Assembly (NCBI GenBank): GCA_965204375.1
Contig: OZ241986.1
Location: 6,112,001 to 6,176,000 of the forward strand
Length of the DNA: 64,000 nucleotides
From: Candidatus Latescibacterota bacterium
Lineage (GTDB): Bacteria > Latescibacterota > UBA2968
Direction: 5' to 3'
The number at the start of each line of letters is the position of its first letter. Positions within the stretch are counted from its first letter, which is position 1. The position numbers were made by a program, and so were the translations under genes. Of the stretch, positions 38,184 to 47,651 are shown in pieces. The notes beneath the pieces are model-generated. The model was not told where the DNA came from. It did no database searches and saw only the letters and a program-made list of their open reading frames with translations.

Positions 38184-39581
38184 ATGGGAGGATTAGTTAT
38201 GCGAACGTTTTCGAAAGCCCTTATTCCTCACCGGTTCACTACCCTGGTGGGAAAACCACTTGCGGTACTCGGGTTCCTTGCGTGTGCCACAACCGCTGTG
38301 CATGCGGCGGTTGACGAGGAAGCCCTGTTCGTCTTCAATACGTTCTCATTCCTCATTTGGGGCGTGCTGGTGATGTGGATGTGCGCGGGTTTTACCATGC
38401 TCGAGTCCGGCTCTGTGCGCACCAAGAATGCCTCCATGATTTGCCTGAAGAACATCGGCCTCTATTCCATTGCCGGGCTTGCCTACTATTTCATCGGCTA
38501 TAATCTCATGTACGTCGATGTGGAGAGTGTAATCGGTTCATTTAAATTCTTATACGGACCGTCTGGCGATGAGCTTGCTCTGATAGCGGGAAATGAGGCC
38601 TCGAAGGCGGCGGTAGTTAAGAACGGCTATTCCACCATGTCCAACTGGTTTTTCCAGATGGTCTTTGTCGCGACCACTGCTTCTATTGTCTCTGGGGCTC
38701 TGGCCGAACGGGTCAGGATGTGGTCCTTTTTCCTTTTTATTCTGGTGCTGACGGCGATTATCTATCCCGTCGTCGGTGCGTGGACATGGGGCGAGGGATG
38801 GCTAAGTGCGATGGGTTTCAAGGATTTTGCTGGTTCGACTATCGTGCATAGTACCGGTGGCTGGGCGGCTCTTGCTGGCGCGATGGTCGTTGGGCCGAGG
38901 TTCGGCAAATTCCGCAGCGATGGTACGGTTAAATCCACGCCACCATCCAATATTCTCGTGGTGACGCTGGGTGTCTTTATCCTGTGGCTCGGATGGTTTG
39001 GCTTTAACGGCGGATCGCAACTGGCATTGGGAAGCGCGCTTGACGCGATCGCGATGAGTCATGTACTGGTCAATACCAATCTGGCGGCTGCAGCCGGTGT
39101 TATGGCGGCTCTTTTAGTTTCTCGACCCATTCTGGGACGCATAGATCTGTTTGCAGGGTTGAATGGCGCAATCGCCGGGCTGGTGTCGATTACTGCGGGA
39201 CCTGATATTGTCGATCACTACTGGTCGGTTATTATTGGTGCCATTGGCGCGGTTTTGTGTACTGCCGGGATCAAGTTCCTGGAAAAGGTCAAGCTCGATG
39301 ATGTGGTCGGGGCGATACCGGCTCACTTGTTCGCCGGTATCTGGGGCACCATAGCAGTCTGCATCGCTGGTGGGGGCAACTTAGGCGTACAATTGATCGG
39401 CATCGTGGCGATTGGCGCATTCGTGTTTGTGACTTCGTGGGTGTTGTGGCGCGTGATTGCTATGACGTTGAGTGTGCGCGTGTCGCGGCAGGTCGAACAA
39501 TTGGGTCAGGATGTTGGGGAATTGGGAATCGACGCCTATCCCGAATTTGTGCTTATGCCAGAAGAAGATGATGAGGAATAA
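38184..39581 (+). CDS. amt: Ammonium transporter (Amt family)
   Basis: FFQMVF, DFAGSTIVH, WFGFNGGS and DDVVGAIPAH; both twin His residues retained. Confidence 0.95.
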   Translation: MGGLVMRTFSKALIPHRFTTLVGKPLAVLGFLACATTAVHAAVDEEALFVFNTFSFLIWGVLVMWMCAGFTMLESGSVRTKNASMICLKNIGLYSIAGLAYYFIGYNLMYVDVESVIGSFKFLYGPSGDELALIAGNEASKAAVVKNGYSTMSNWFFQMVFVATTASIVSGALAERVRMWSFFLFILVLTAIIYPVVGAWTWGEGWLSAMGFKDFAGSTIVHSTGGWAALAGAMVVGPRFGKFRSDGTVKSTPPSNILVVTLGVFILWLGWFGFNGGSQLALGSALDAIAMSHVLVNTNLAAAAGVMAALLVSRPILGRIDLFAGLNGAIAGLVSITAGPDIVDHYWSVIIGAIGAVLCTAGIKFLEKVKLDDVVGAIPAHLFAGIWGTIAVCIAGGGNLGVQLIGIVAIGAFVFVTSWVLWRVIAMTLSVRVSRQVEQLGQDVGELGIDAYPEFVLMPEEDDEE

Positions 39582-40516
39582 GCAAGAATCTTCTGCATAT
39601 CCTCCGGAGGGCGTGCTTCAAACATCATTTCTTTTTTTGTTACGGGATGCACAAATGTCAATTGAGTCGCGTGGAGCATCTGTCGATTAGTTTGTGCGAG
39701 CAGGTGGGTTGCTCTCCTGCGAAACAGGGGGGCAATCCCAGACAGCCGCTCCTCGCGTCCACCGTATAGCGGATCGCCAAATACAGGACGATTGAGGTGC
39801 GTTAGATGCACTCTGATCTGGTGTGTACGACCCGTCTCCAGCGCGAGAGATAGCAAAGAGAGAAAATCGTAACGCGCCCTTATTTTCCAGCGCGTTGCTG
39901 CATATCTTCCATTCTGAGAAACGGCCATTCGCTTTCGATCTTTTGGATGTCTTCCAATGGGCGCTTCTATGCGCCCTTCATCTTCTTCAAAGCCCCCCCA
40001 TATCAACGCGAGATAACGCCGCTCCATTGCACGGGCTTCCAACTGGGCAGCCAATCCGCGATGCCCTTCATCACTTTTGGCTACGACCATTAGCCCCGAT
40101 GTGTCTTTGTCTAACCGATGTACAATACCCGGTCGTAAAACCCCGTTGATACCCGACAAATGCGTGCAATGTGACAGGAGGGCATTGACGAGTGTTCCCG
40201 ATGTTACGCCGCCCGCTGGATGTACAATCATACCCGCAGGTTTGTCGAGCACCAGCACATGATCATCTTCAAAAAAAATATCCAGAGGAATATCCTCTGG
40301 ATTAATTGTACTATCTATTGGAGGGGGTATATCTATTGTGATGCTATCGCCAGCCACCAGCCGATAGCTCGACCGCGTCGTCTTTCCATTGATGCATATA
40401 GAACCCTCGACAATCAGTTTTTGAAGGCGTGAACGCGAAAATTCGGGGCGTTGATCGGCCAAATAGCGGTCCAGGCGCTGGCCTTCATGTTGGGGCAGAA
40501 TTTTTAGATGAATCAC
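39536..40516 (-). CDS. rluD: RluA-family pseudouridine synthase (RluD-like, with S4 domain)
   Basis: RLDRYL, HRLDKDTSG and GRTHQIRVH motifs. Confidence 0.9.
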   Translation of the reverse strand: MIHLKILPQHEGQRLDRYLADQRPEFSRSRLQKLIVEGSICINGKTTRSSYRLVAGDSITIDIPPPIDSTINPEDIPLDIFFEDDHVLVLDKPAGMIVHPAGGVTSGTLVNALLSHCTHLSGINGVLRPGIVHRLDKDTSGLMVVAKSDEGHRGLAAQLEARAMERRYLALIWGGFEEDEGRIEAPIGRHPKDRKRMAVSQNGRYAATRWKIRARYDFLSLLSLALETGRTHQIRVHLTHLNRPVFGDPLYGGREERLSGIAPLFRRRATHLLAQTNRQMLHATQLTFVHPVTKKEMMFEARPPEDMQKILAYSSSSSSGISTNSG

Positions 40517-40982
40517 GATTATACACCGTCTCACGGCGTTTCGATGTGATGCCAAAAGCAAAAATTAAGAGGGCGGTTCCCACACTGACACAGGTATCTG
40601 CGAGGTTAAAAACCCACCACCGCGCAGTTCCAATGCCAAAATCGAGAAAATCGATTACGACGCCAAACCGCACGCGGTCGATGATATTGCCAATTGCACC
40701 TCCCAGTACCAGAGTCAAACCAATGGCTGCGAGACGGTCTTCTGGAGAGATCCGCCACAGTAACCCACCAACCACGAGAAGTGCCACACAAGCCAGTAAC
40801 AGATGCAGGTATGGGTTGCCCAATCGGATGCCGAATACTGCACCCGGATTGTGAATGTAGGTCAGTTTAAAAAAAGATCCCAATACCGGTACAGATTCCC
40901 CCAGGGTCATGGTTTGTAACACCCACCATTTGGTGAATTGATCCAGCACCAGTGCCACACCTGTAATCCATAAAAATCTCAC
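40485..40982 (-). CDS. lspA: Lipoprotein signal peptidase II
   Basis: DQFTK, NPGAVFG, GNIIDR, VIDF and FNLAD motifs. Confidence 0.95.
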   Translation of the reverse strand: MRFLWITGVALVLDQFTKWWVLQTMTLGESVPVLGSFFKLTYIHNPGAVFGIRLGNPYLHLLLACVALLVVGGLLWRISPEDRLAAIGLTLVLGGAIGNIIDRVRFGVVIDFLDFGIGTARWWVFNLADTCVSVGTALLIFAFGITSKRRETVYNRDSSKNSAPT

Positions 40983-40991
40983 AAGTATACC

Positions 40992-41363
40992 TCATGCCGA
41001 TTTGTTTTGTTTTTCTTTACAAGGGACGCAAACTTCTGTGGTCGGTACCGCTTCCAGTCTTTCTCTTGGGATGGGAGCTTTACACACTCGACACCAGCCG
41101 AATTCGCGTTTTTGGATGCGCGTTAAAGCGGCTTCAATTTGGTCCAGATAAGCACCGTCGCGTGCGGCAAATAGAAAAGCCTTTTCGCGTTCCATGGTCG
41201 AATTGCCCAAATCTGGCATGTGATCTGAATACGTCAGGTCGCCCGACGATTCTGCCGAGGTGATCTGCATGGAATGGCTCTGCAACGTGCCCAGGTCTTT
41301 AACGATAGAGGTGCGTTTGGTCTCTAAGAGATTTTTGAAATACTCCAGCTCTTGATCTTCCAT
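40992..41363 (-). CDS. TraR/DksA C4-type zinc finger protein
   Basis: CRVC...RLEAVP...CVPC zinc finger after a coiled coil. Confidence 0.9.
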   Translation of the reverse strand: MEDQELEYFKNLLETKRTSIVKDLGTLQSHSMQITSAESSGDLTYSDHMPDLGNSTMEREKAFLFAARDGAYLDQIEAALTRIQKREFGWCRVCKAPIPRERLEAVPTTEVCVPCKEKQNKSA

Positions 41364-41364
41364 T

Positions 41365-41829
41365 TTATTCCTTTCTATTCACAGCTTCCCAAATTTGACG
41401 CGCGTTTTCTTCGATTAGCGCGCGTTGCTCCGGCCAAAAAAACACGGGGAGTGGATCGAGTGGTACCCAGGACATGCTTTCGTGATGCGTCGTATCGGTT
41501 GGCACGGCATCAATCTGCTTGGTCGAATACAAAAAATAATGTGTTATTTTCCACTCTTTCTTGTGGAAATCAAGTCGTTCTTTTGTACCGAGTTTTTCCA
41601 CGAGTTGCAGTTTTGATACCCCAACTTCTTCTTCGATCTCCCGTCGGGCAGCACATTCGATTTTCTCGCCCGCTTCAATGTGCCCTTTGGGCAACACATA
41701 GTCGGTGTGCCCTCTTTCGCAGGCCAGAGCCAGCAATATCTGATTGCCATCCCAACGCACGACTACACCGCCCGCAGCCTGACGTTCTCGCAATCCTTTG
41801 GGACGTATGTACCAGCTATCGTCGATCAT
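41365..41829 (-). CDS. NUDIX hydrolase
   Basis: AAGGVV and LPKGHIEAGE..ECAARREIEEEVG (Nudix box). Confidence 0.9.
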   Translation of the reverse strand: MIDDSWYIRPKGLRERQAAGGVVVRWDGNQILLALACERGHTDYVLPKGHIEAGEKIECAARREIEEEVGVSKLQLVEKLGTKERLDFHKKEWKITHYFLYSTKQIDAVPTDTTHHESMSWVPLDPLPVFFWPEQRALIEENARQIWEAVNRKE

Positions 41830-41839
41830 AAAAGTTATT

Positions 41840-41868
41840 GTAGATGTGGGTTTGAAACCCACATCTAC
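41840..41868. repeat. GTAG-type REP-like perfect palindrome
   Basis: GTAGATGTGGGTTT-G-AAACCCACATCTAC. Confidence 0.75.
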
Positions 41869-41869
41869 G

Positions 41870-42745
41870 TCAGGTCCAGTACTTATCGTATAAAAGACTG
41901 AGACGTTCTTTTGCCGCGCTGGAAATAGCATCTGGCGATGTGATAATCGCAAATTGTGCGGCATTGAGACAATCGCAATCCGATGTTCTGGGCAACTGTG
42001 CAGCCAATGTGCATACAATTTGATTTGCGTGCTCGGCATTGGCTTTTAACACAGCGACCACAGCTTCGACCGACACATCTTCTTCGGCTTCATGCCAGCA
42101 ATCGTAATCGGTGCCCATAGCCAGCATCGCATAACACATTTCAGCCTCGCGCGCGAGCTTGGCTTCGGGCAAGGCCGTCATCCCGATCACGGTCGCATTG
42201 ACTTCTCGGCGGTAAAAATGGGACTCTGCTCGCGTGGAGAACTGCGGTCCCTCCATACAGATATACGTTCCGCCATCGTGGGTGGTCACTCCGGAATTTT
42301 TTGCAGCGGCCAGCAGTAAGTCGCGCAATTCACCGCAAAAAGGATCGGCAAAAGCCACATGTCCGGCAATGCCTTCACCGAAAAATGTGCTCGCGCGAAT
42401 GCCGCGGGTGCGATCAAAAAGCTGATCGGGTACCACCATATCACCCGGTTTTATGGATTCCTGCATAATTCCCACAGCACTTATCGCCAACAGATGCGTC
42501 ACGCCCATCTGTTTCATGGCATATATATTGGCGCGATAGGGTACTTCAGAAGGCAGTAGCACATGCCCGCGTCCATGACGGGGCAAAAAATATACCGATT
42601 GATCGCTTATACGCGTTTCGACAACTGCATCTGAGGGCGCGCCAAAAGGTGTGGCAAGGCGATGTTCGGCTACGATTTCCACATCTTCCATGTGATAAAT
42701 ACCCGATCCGCCCATAACACCCAGTCGGACAATCTGTTCAGGCAT
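41870..42745 (-). CDS. mtnP: S-methyl-5'-thioadenosine phosphorylase
   Basis: GGSG, RHGRGH, EGPQFSTRAES, GMT and TDYDCW motifs. Confidence 0.93.
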   Translation of the reverse strand: MPEQIVRLGVMGGSGIYHMEDVEIVAEHRLATPFGAPSDAVVETRISDQSVYFLPRHGRGHVLLPSEVPYRANIYAMKQMGVTHLLAISAVGIMQESIKPGDMVVPDQLFDRTRGIRASTFFGEGIAGHVAFADPFCGELRDLLLAAAKNSGVTTHDGGTYICMEGPQFSTRAESHFYRREVNATVIGMTALPEAKLAREAEMCYAMLAMGTDYDCWHEAEEDVSVEAVVAVLKANAEHANQIVCTLAAQLPRTSDCDCLNAAQFAIITSPDAISSAAKERLSLLYDKYWT

Positions 42746-43259
42746 CTTCCCCTTCCTGATCTGTGGCGTTATCTTCTACTTTCGGGATATCCTCTTGCAC
42801 CACATCGAAGGTTGTCACTTGCAATTGGTCTAAAAAATCAGTCTGAATCTGTACCAGAGCCTTAAAATTGGACAAGAACATATCGCGTTGATTTTGTAAC
42901 TCCACTATCTCTGTGCGGATATCATGCACCTGTGTACGCGCTTTTTCAATGGCCCGATTGCTGCGGATCTCCGCTTCTTTCACAATCAGCCGCGCTTCTT
43001 TGTGCCCATTTTCCTTGACGTCATCAGCCGTTTGTTGGGCAGTCCTGAGCATCTCCTGGAGGGCTTGCTCTATTGACCGATAGTGATGCACTTCTGATTG
43101 CAACGCATTGAGAAGTTCTTTTAGTTCGATATTTTCGGCACCGAGATTTTCGACTTCTGTAGCCAGCATATCGAGAAATGCCTGCACTTCCTCTTGATCA
43201 TAACCGCGAAAAGACTTCTTAAAAATCTGCTTGCGAATATCCAGTGGTGTGATGTTCAC
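42738..43259 (-). CDS. divIVA: DivIVA domain protein
   Basis: ITPLDIRKQIFKKSFRGYD..EV..FL followed by a coiled coil. Confidence 0.9.
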   Translation of the reverse strand: MNITPLDIRKQIFKKSFRGYDQEEVQAFLDMLATEVENLGAENIELKELLNALQSEVHHYRSIEQALQEMLRTAQQTADDVKENGHKEARLIVKEAEIRSNRAIEKARTQVHDIRTEIVELQNQRDMFLSNFKALVQIQTDFLDQLQVTTFDVVQEDIPKVEDNATDQEGEDA

Positions 43260-43285
43260 ATTTCCCCTCCCCTAAGGGCTATCGG

Positions 43286-43873
43286 TTATAACTCAAATAC
43301 ACTTTGAATGGCACTCTGAACAACCTGCAGAAGCAAAATTAACAAAATGGGCGACAAATCGAACATGCCCAGTGGAGGAACGATCTGTCGGAAAGGTCCC
43401 ATAATAGGCTCAGTCAAGCTATATAGGGTCCACATAAATCTGCCCCCGCGCACAAAGGGCAACCACGAAAATACGATACGCGCGATAATTAAAACCAGCA
43501 AAACCGCAACGGCGCCATAGAGCAACCATCCGATGATATGCAGAATTTCGCCAGAAGAAATACCGTGTAACAATCCTATAAGTGAACGCAGCACATCGTT
43601 GGTCAACCACTTAAAAAAAAATGCCCCGATCAATGTCGCAATCACCAGAATCAACGGTGCCGCAGCGGTATTTCCAGGCATGTGTTGCGCAATGGGCCAC
43701 ACGAGCGGGTCGGTTATGCGCCGAACATAATATTGAGACCAGCCAAAAGAACTCATACGCACCAAAATAGCGCGTAATAGCAACAACGCCACCATGCCGA
43801 TAACCAATGCAACAAGTATCCAGTCAATGGCTTGTTGGATTAAAATAATCGCCTGAGCAACCACATCAACCAT
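43286..43873 (-). CDS. YggT family membrane protein
   Basis: Duplicated TDP/TEP units; PPLGMFDLSP. Confidence 0.85.
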   Translation of the reverse strand: MVDVVAQAIILIQQAIDWILVALVIGMVALLLLRAILVRMSSFGWSQYYVRRITDPLVWPIAQHMPGNTAAAPLILVIATLIGAFFFKWLTNDVLRSLIGLLHGISSGEILHIIGWLLYGAVAVLLVLIIARIVFSWLPFVRGGRFMWTLYSLTEPIMGPFRQIVPPLGMFDLSPILLILLLQVVQSAIQSVFEL

Positions 43874-43876
43874 AGT

Positions 43877-44560
43877 TTATACCGCCCGCTGACCGAAAAT
43901 CGCCGTGCCTATGCGAATCATTGTCGCGCCTTCTTCAATTGCGACTTCAAAGTCGCTGGTCATCCCCATAGATAGTGCAGATATATGGGGCTTGTGAATT
44001 GCGATGCGGTCCCTGATTTGTCGCAACAAGACAAAATTTGGTCGCGCTGTTTCGGAATCTGGATCAAATGCGCCAATCGTCATCAGCCCTGCCACGGAAA
44101 CGCCTTGCAGGTCATCGACCTGCCCGATCAGGTCCAATGCCGCGTCGGGCGATACACCGAACTTGGATGCTTCGCCCGATGTATTTACCTGTACTAATAC
44201 GCGAGCCGGGGTGTCTCTCCGCACGGCCCACCGGCTGATTTCTTTCGCCAGGCGCAATGTGTCAACCGAGTGAATCAGGTCGAATAAAGGCAACGCCTGT
44301 TTGACTTTGTTGCGCTGTAAGTGTCCAACCAAATGCCAGGATACCTTGCCGGCCACCTCTGGGACCTTGTGCTGGGCTTCTTGCACGCGACTTTCACCTA
44401 AAATTCGTGTCCCCGCATCTACGACCTGTTGTACGATATCGGCAGGCCAGGTCTTTGTTACAACAATCAATTTAACCGCATCTGCTGATCGCCCGGACCG
44501 CCGGGCAGCCCTGTCAATGCGGTCTTGAATGCGCTTTGTGTTCTCAGCAATTGCCGACAT
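43877..44560 (-). CDS. yggS: PLP homeostasis protein
   Basis: [27 protein letters not shown] and IRIGTAIFG motifs. Confidence 0.95.
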   Translation of the reverse strand: MSAIAENTKRIQDRIDRAARRSGRSADAVKLIVVTKTWPADIVQQVVDAGTRILGESRVQEAQHKVPEVAGKVSWHLVGHLQRNKVKQALPLFDLIHSVDTLRLAKEISRWAVRRDTPARVLVQVNTSGEASKFGVSPDAALDLIGQVDDLQGVSVAGLMTIGAFDPDSETARPNFVLLRQIRDRIAIHKPHISALSMGMTSDFEVAIEEGATMIRIGTAIFGQRAV

Positions 44561-44740
44561 AGGTTTCGGTCTCAAAATTAAAATATAGATTTCCTAATTT
44601 ATGTAAAAAACAGTATAATGGCAACAAAAACGGTCTGGAATATATGAGGAGAACCGCGCGAGTTTTTTAGCTATATAGACCAAAAAACCGTTGACCCCAT
44701 ACGAGGGATATATGTATTGTGTAGGAGGTAAAAAAAACTC

Positions 44741-44817
44741 ACACAAAGACACAAAGACACAAAGGGGGCTGGGACAGGGCGGACTGACAACTGGCTACTG
44801 ACAACTGACTACTGGAG
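44741..44817 (+). repeat. Octamer (ACACAAAG) x3 followed by heptamer (ACTGRNN) x5
   Basis: Read directly in the leader of the downstream hydrolase gene. Confidence 0.75.
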
Positions 44818-44825
44818 CTATTCTT

Positions 44826-46748
44826 ATGCCGCGAAATGGTTATGGACACATGGTGCTGGATGACTATGTCGCGCGCGTGCGGGCTGTAAATGCCGACCGC
44901 GCAAAACGACTGTCGTCTATCCGAACAAAAAAAGAAGCTTTCGCATACCGCGATGAGGTGCGCGAGGCAATTGACAAAGCCTATCGCCCCTGGCCGAGTA
45001 AAACACCGCTTAATGCGCGCGTTGTCAGTACAATTGAACGCCGCCATTACCGCATTGAAAAAATCCTTTTTGAAAGCCGCCCGGGGTGTTTGGTCACGGC
45101 CCATCTTTATGTGCCCCACAAACTCGATGGGCCAGCACCTGGTATTATTGGCTCTTGCGGTCATACTGCCGATGGCAAAAATGCACCGCTTTATCAGGCT
45201 TTTTGTCAGCGTCTGGCGCGCAATGGCTTTGTCGTCTTGATCTACGATCCCTTCAATCAGGGTGAGCGCGATCAATATTATGCCCTGCACAGTCGCGAGA
45301 GTGTGCGATCGTCAACACATGCCCACAATATGATGGGCAAACAACTCGAACTCGTGGGCGAATGGTTTGGCGCGTGGCGCGCCTGGGATGGTATCCGCGC
45401 ACTCGACTATTTGCTTACCCGTCCCGAAGTCGATCCCGCGCATATCGGGCTTACGGGCAATTCGGGCGGCGGTACTATGACCAGTTGGATCTGGCCGGTG
45501 GAAGCGCGTTTTACTATGGCTGCCCCCAGTTGTTTTGTCACCACGTTTGCCGCCAATCTCGAAAATGAATTGCCCGCCGATTCGGAACAGTATCCGCCGG
45601 GTGTGATTGGCGCGGGCCTGGATATGGCCGATTTTTTTATTGCTCGAGCACCGGCTCCCGTCATCTTGCTCGGGCAAGCCTATTGCTTTTTTGACCGACG
45701 CGGTCTCAAACAAGCCTATTCTGAAATCCGTCGTTTCTACGATATTATTGGCGCGCCAGCCAATGCGACTGATATTTTTATCGGGTCGGAAGGCCACGGA
45801 TTTTTTATCGACAACCAGGAAGCTATGGTGCAATTTTTTGCAACACAGGCTGGCATTCAGCAGGTTACCCGTTTGGAAGAGACCGAAGACTTGAGCGATG
45901 TTTTAAATGTCACCCCAAAAGGCGAGGTTGTGCCCGAAAGGGCTACGCCCATTTACGATTTGATTGCCCAAAAAGCAGATGTTCTTGCATCAAAACGCAA
46001 AGAGTTGGGTAAAGACGAACTCACCCATTGTGTGCAAAATACGCTCAATTTGTCTGACGACCGCGACCTGCCCCATCACCGCTGGTTGCGCAGTACGACA
46101 GAAGATGGCGTTCGCCTGGCGCGGTATGCGATTGAAACCGAGGGCAATATTCGCGCTATTATGCGGAAACGCCTGTCCAATCCGTCTTATTCGCATACGC
46201 TCGATGTCGAGCGCGAAGTTCATCTCTATCTGCCACATGTTTCTGCAGAAGTGGATCTGATCGAAGACTCTTTGGCGAAAGAACTCAAAGAACAACACTC
46301 GCTCTATGCACTTGATGTGCGCGGTCTGGGGGAATCGCTTGCCGATGATGAACGCGACTTTTTTCATCCTTATGGCAATGACTATATGTGCAATGGATAT
46401 GGTCTGATGCTCGGTCAGAGCTTTCTGGGACGGCGGGTACACGATGTGTTATCCACACTCGACCTGCTGGCTCATGAAGGTGCGCAAAAAATTCATCTCT
46501 ACGGTCGCGGACAAGGTGCAATTCACGCGCTATTTGCCGGATTTCTCCATTCAGCAGTGACGACTGTTACCCTGAAAAACTATCCACAGTCCTATCACGC
46601 ATGGACACAAACGCCCCTGGTCAGTTGGCCTGCTGCCAATATCCCTCGGGGCGTTCTCGCATCTTATGATCTGCCCGATTTGATGCACGCTTTGGACAAA
46701 AAACTCGCGCTCATACAGCCCTGGGGAGCGGATATGTTAGAAGTGTGA
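44826..46748 (+). CDS. Alpha/beta hydrolase (acetylxylan esterase-like, two-domain)
   Basis: WDGIRALDYL; GNSGGG nucleophile elbow. Confidence 0.8.
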   Translation: MPRNGYGHMVLDDYVARVRAVNADRAKRLSSIRTKKEAFAYRDEVREAIDKAYRPWPSKTPLNARVVSTIERRHYRIEKILFESRPGCLVTAHLYVPHKLDGPAPGIIGSCGHTADGKNAPLYQAFCQRLARNGFVVLIYDPFNQGERDQYYALHSRESVRSSTHAHNMMGKQLELVGEWFGAWRAWDGIRALDYLLTRPEVDPAHIGLTGNSGGGTMTSWIWPVEARFTMAAPSCFVTTFAANLENELPADSEQYPPGVIGAGLDMADFFIARAPAPVILLGQAYCFFDRRGLKQAYSEIRRFYDIIGAPANATDIFIGSEGHGFFIDNQEAMVQFFATQAGIQQVTRLEETEDLSDVLNVTPKGEVVPERATPIYDLIAQKADVLASKRKELGKDELTHCVQNTLNLSDDRDLPHHRWLRSTTEDGVRLARYAIETEGNIRAIMRKRLSNPSYSHTLDVEREVHLYLPHVSAEVDLIEDSLAKELKEQHSLYALDVRGLGESLADDERDFFHPYGNDYMCNGYGLMLGQSFLGRRVHDVLSTLDLLAHEGAQKIHLYGRGQGAIHALFAGFLHSAVTTVTLKNYPQSYHAWTQTPLVSWPAANIPRGVLASYDLPDLMHALDKKLALIQPWGADMLEV

Positions 46749-46878
46749 AGTGGGAAGGATGAAGGGTGAAGGATGAAGTGTGAAGTGTGAAGTGTGAAGT
46801 GTGAAGGATGATGAGACACCAGATTTTGGGTGGTAGGGTGGGGCTTTCTTACTTCTCACTTCTTACTTCTTACTTCCT
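46740..46878. repeat. Facing heptamer arrays: (GAAGNNN) x10 and (ACTTCTY-like) x5
   Basis: Arrays at 46740-46809 and 46844-46878 between convergent genes. Confidence 0.85.
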
Positions 46879-47637
46879 TTATCCTTCCAGCCGTTCGCGC
46901 AAATGGGATTCCATTGCCACAAATTGGGGATCGGCGCGCAAGGTGTTTTCTCGAGGATGGGGAAAATTAACGCTCAGGTCTTCCGCGATTTTGCCGGGTC
47001 TGGCAGACATGACCACAACGCGGTCGGAGAGGAGCAGTGCTTCGGAGATGCTGTGGGTTATAAATAAGACAGCAGCACCGGTCGCTTGCCATATTCTCAA
47101 CAGTTCAATTTGCATCTTTTCTCGCGTCATTTCGTCCAATGCCCCAAAAGGCTCGTCCATAAGCAAAACGGATGGTCGGAAGGTCAAGACTCTGGCGATG
47201 GCGACCCGCGATTGCATGCCACCGGATAGTTCGCGCGGATATGCCTGCTCAAATCCAGCCAGTCCGACGATGTCGATCATCTCAGAGACCCGGCTTAAAA
47301 TTTCTGCGTCTCCAAAGACCTCTGCGGGCAGGCGCACATTTTCTTCTACTGTGCGCCAGGCGAGAAGCGAGGGATGTTGAAATACAAAGCCTACCAACCG
47401 TTCGCGCCGCGCGGCTTCGGGTATTTTCCCCAGTACGCGAACCGTGCCCTTTGTCGGTGTTTCCAGGTCGCCGACAATCCGCATTAAGCTCGTTTTGCCG
47501 CATCCCGAGGGTCCGATCATACTGACAAATTCGCTCTGCGCTATTTGCAGAGAAATTTGTGCGAGTGCCTCTACCCGGTTGCTGTCGGTCACAAAAACCT
47601 TGTGAACATCTCGCAGTTCAATGGCTAATTCACTCAC
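46879..47637 (-). CDS. ABC transporter ATP-binding protein (TauB/SsuB-like)
   Basis: GPSGCGKT, LSGGM, DEPFGALD and ITH motifs. Confidence 0.92.
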   Translation of the reverse strand: MSELAIELRDVHKVFVTDSNRVEALAQISLQIAQSEFVSMIGPSGCGKTSLMRIVGDLETPTKGTVRVLGKIPEAARRERLVGFVFQHPSLLAWRTVEENVRLPAEVFGDAEILSRVSEMIDIVGLAGFEQAYPRELSGGMQSRVAIARVLTFRPSVLLMDEPFGALDEMTREKMQIELLRIWQATGAAVLFITHSISEALLLSDRVVVMSARPGKIAEDLSVNFPHPRENTLRADPQFVAMESHLRERLEG

Positions 47638-47651
47638 TTTACGTCTCGCCT

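Noticed and set aside
41870-42745. Functional link between mtnP and the aminopropyltransferase
   Set aside because: The genes are 14 kb apart and mtnP sits in a housekeeping cluster; no evidence of co-regulation.
46740-46878. Possible CRISPR array
   Set aside because: Units are 7 nt with no unique spacers, and there are no cas genes in the window.
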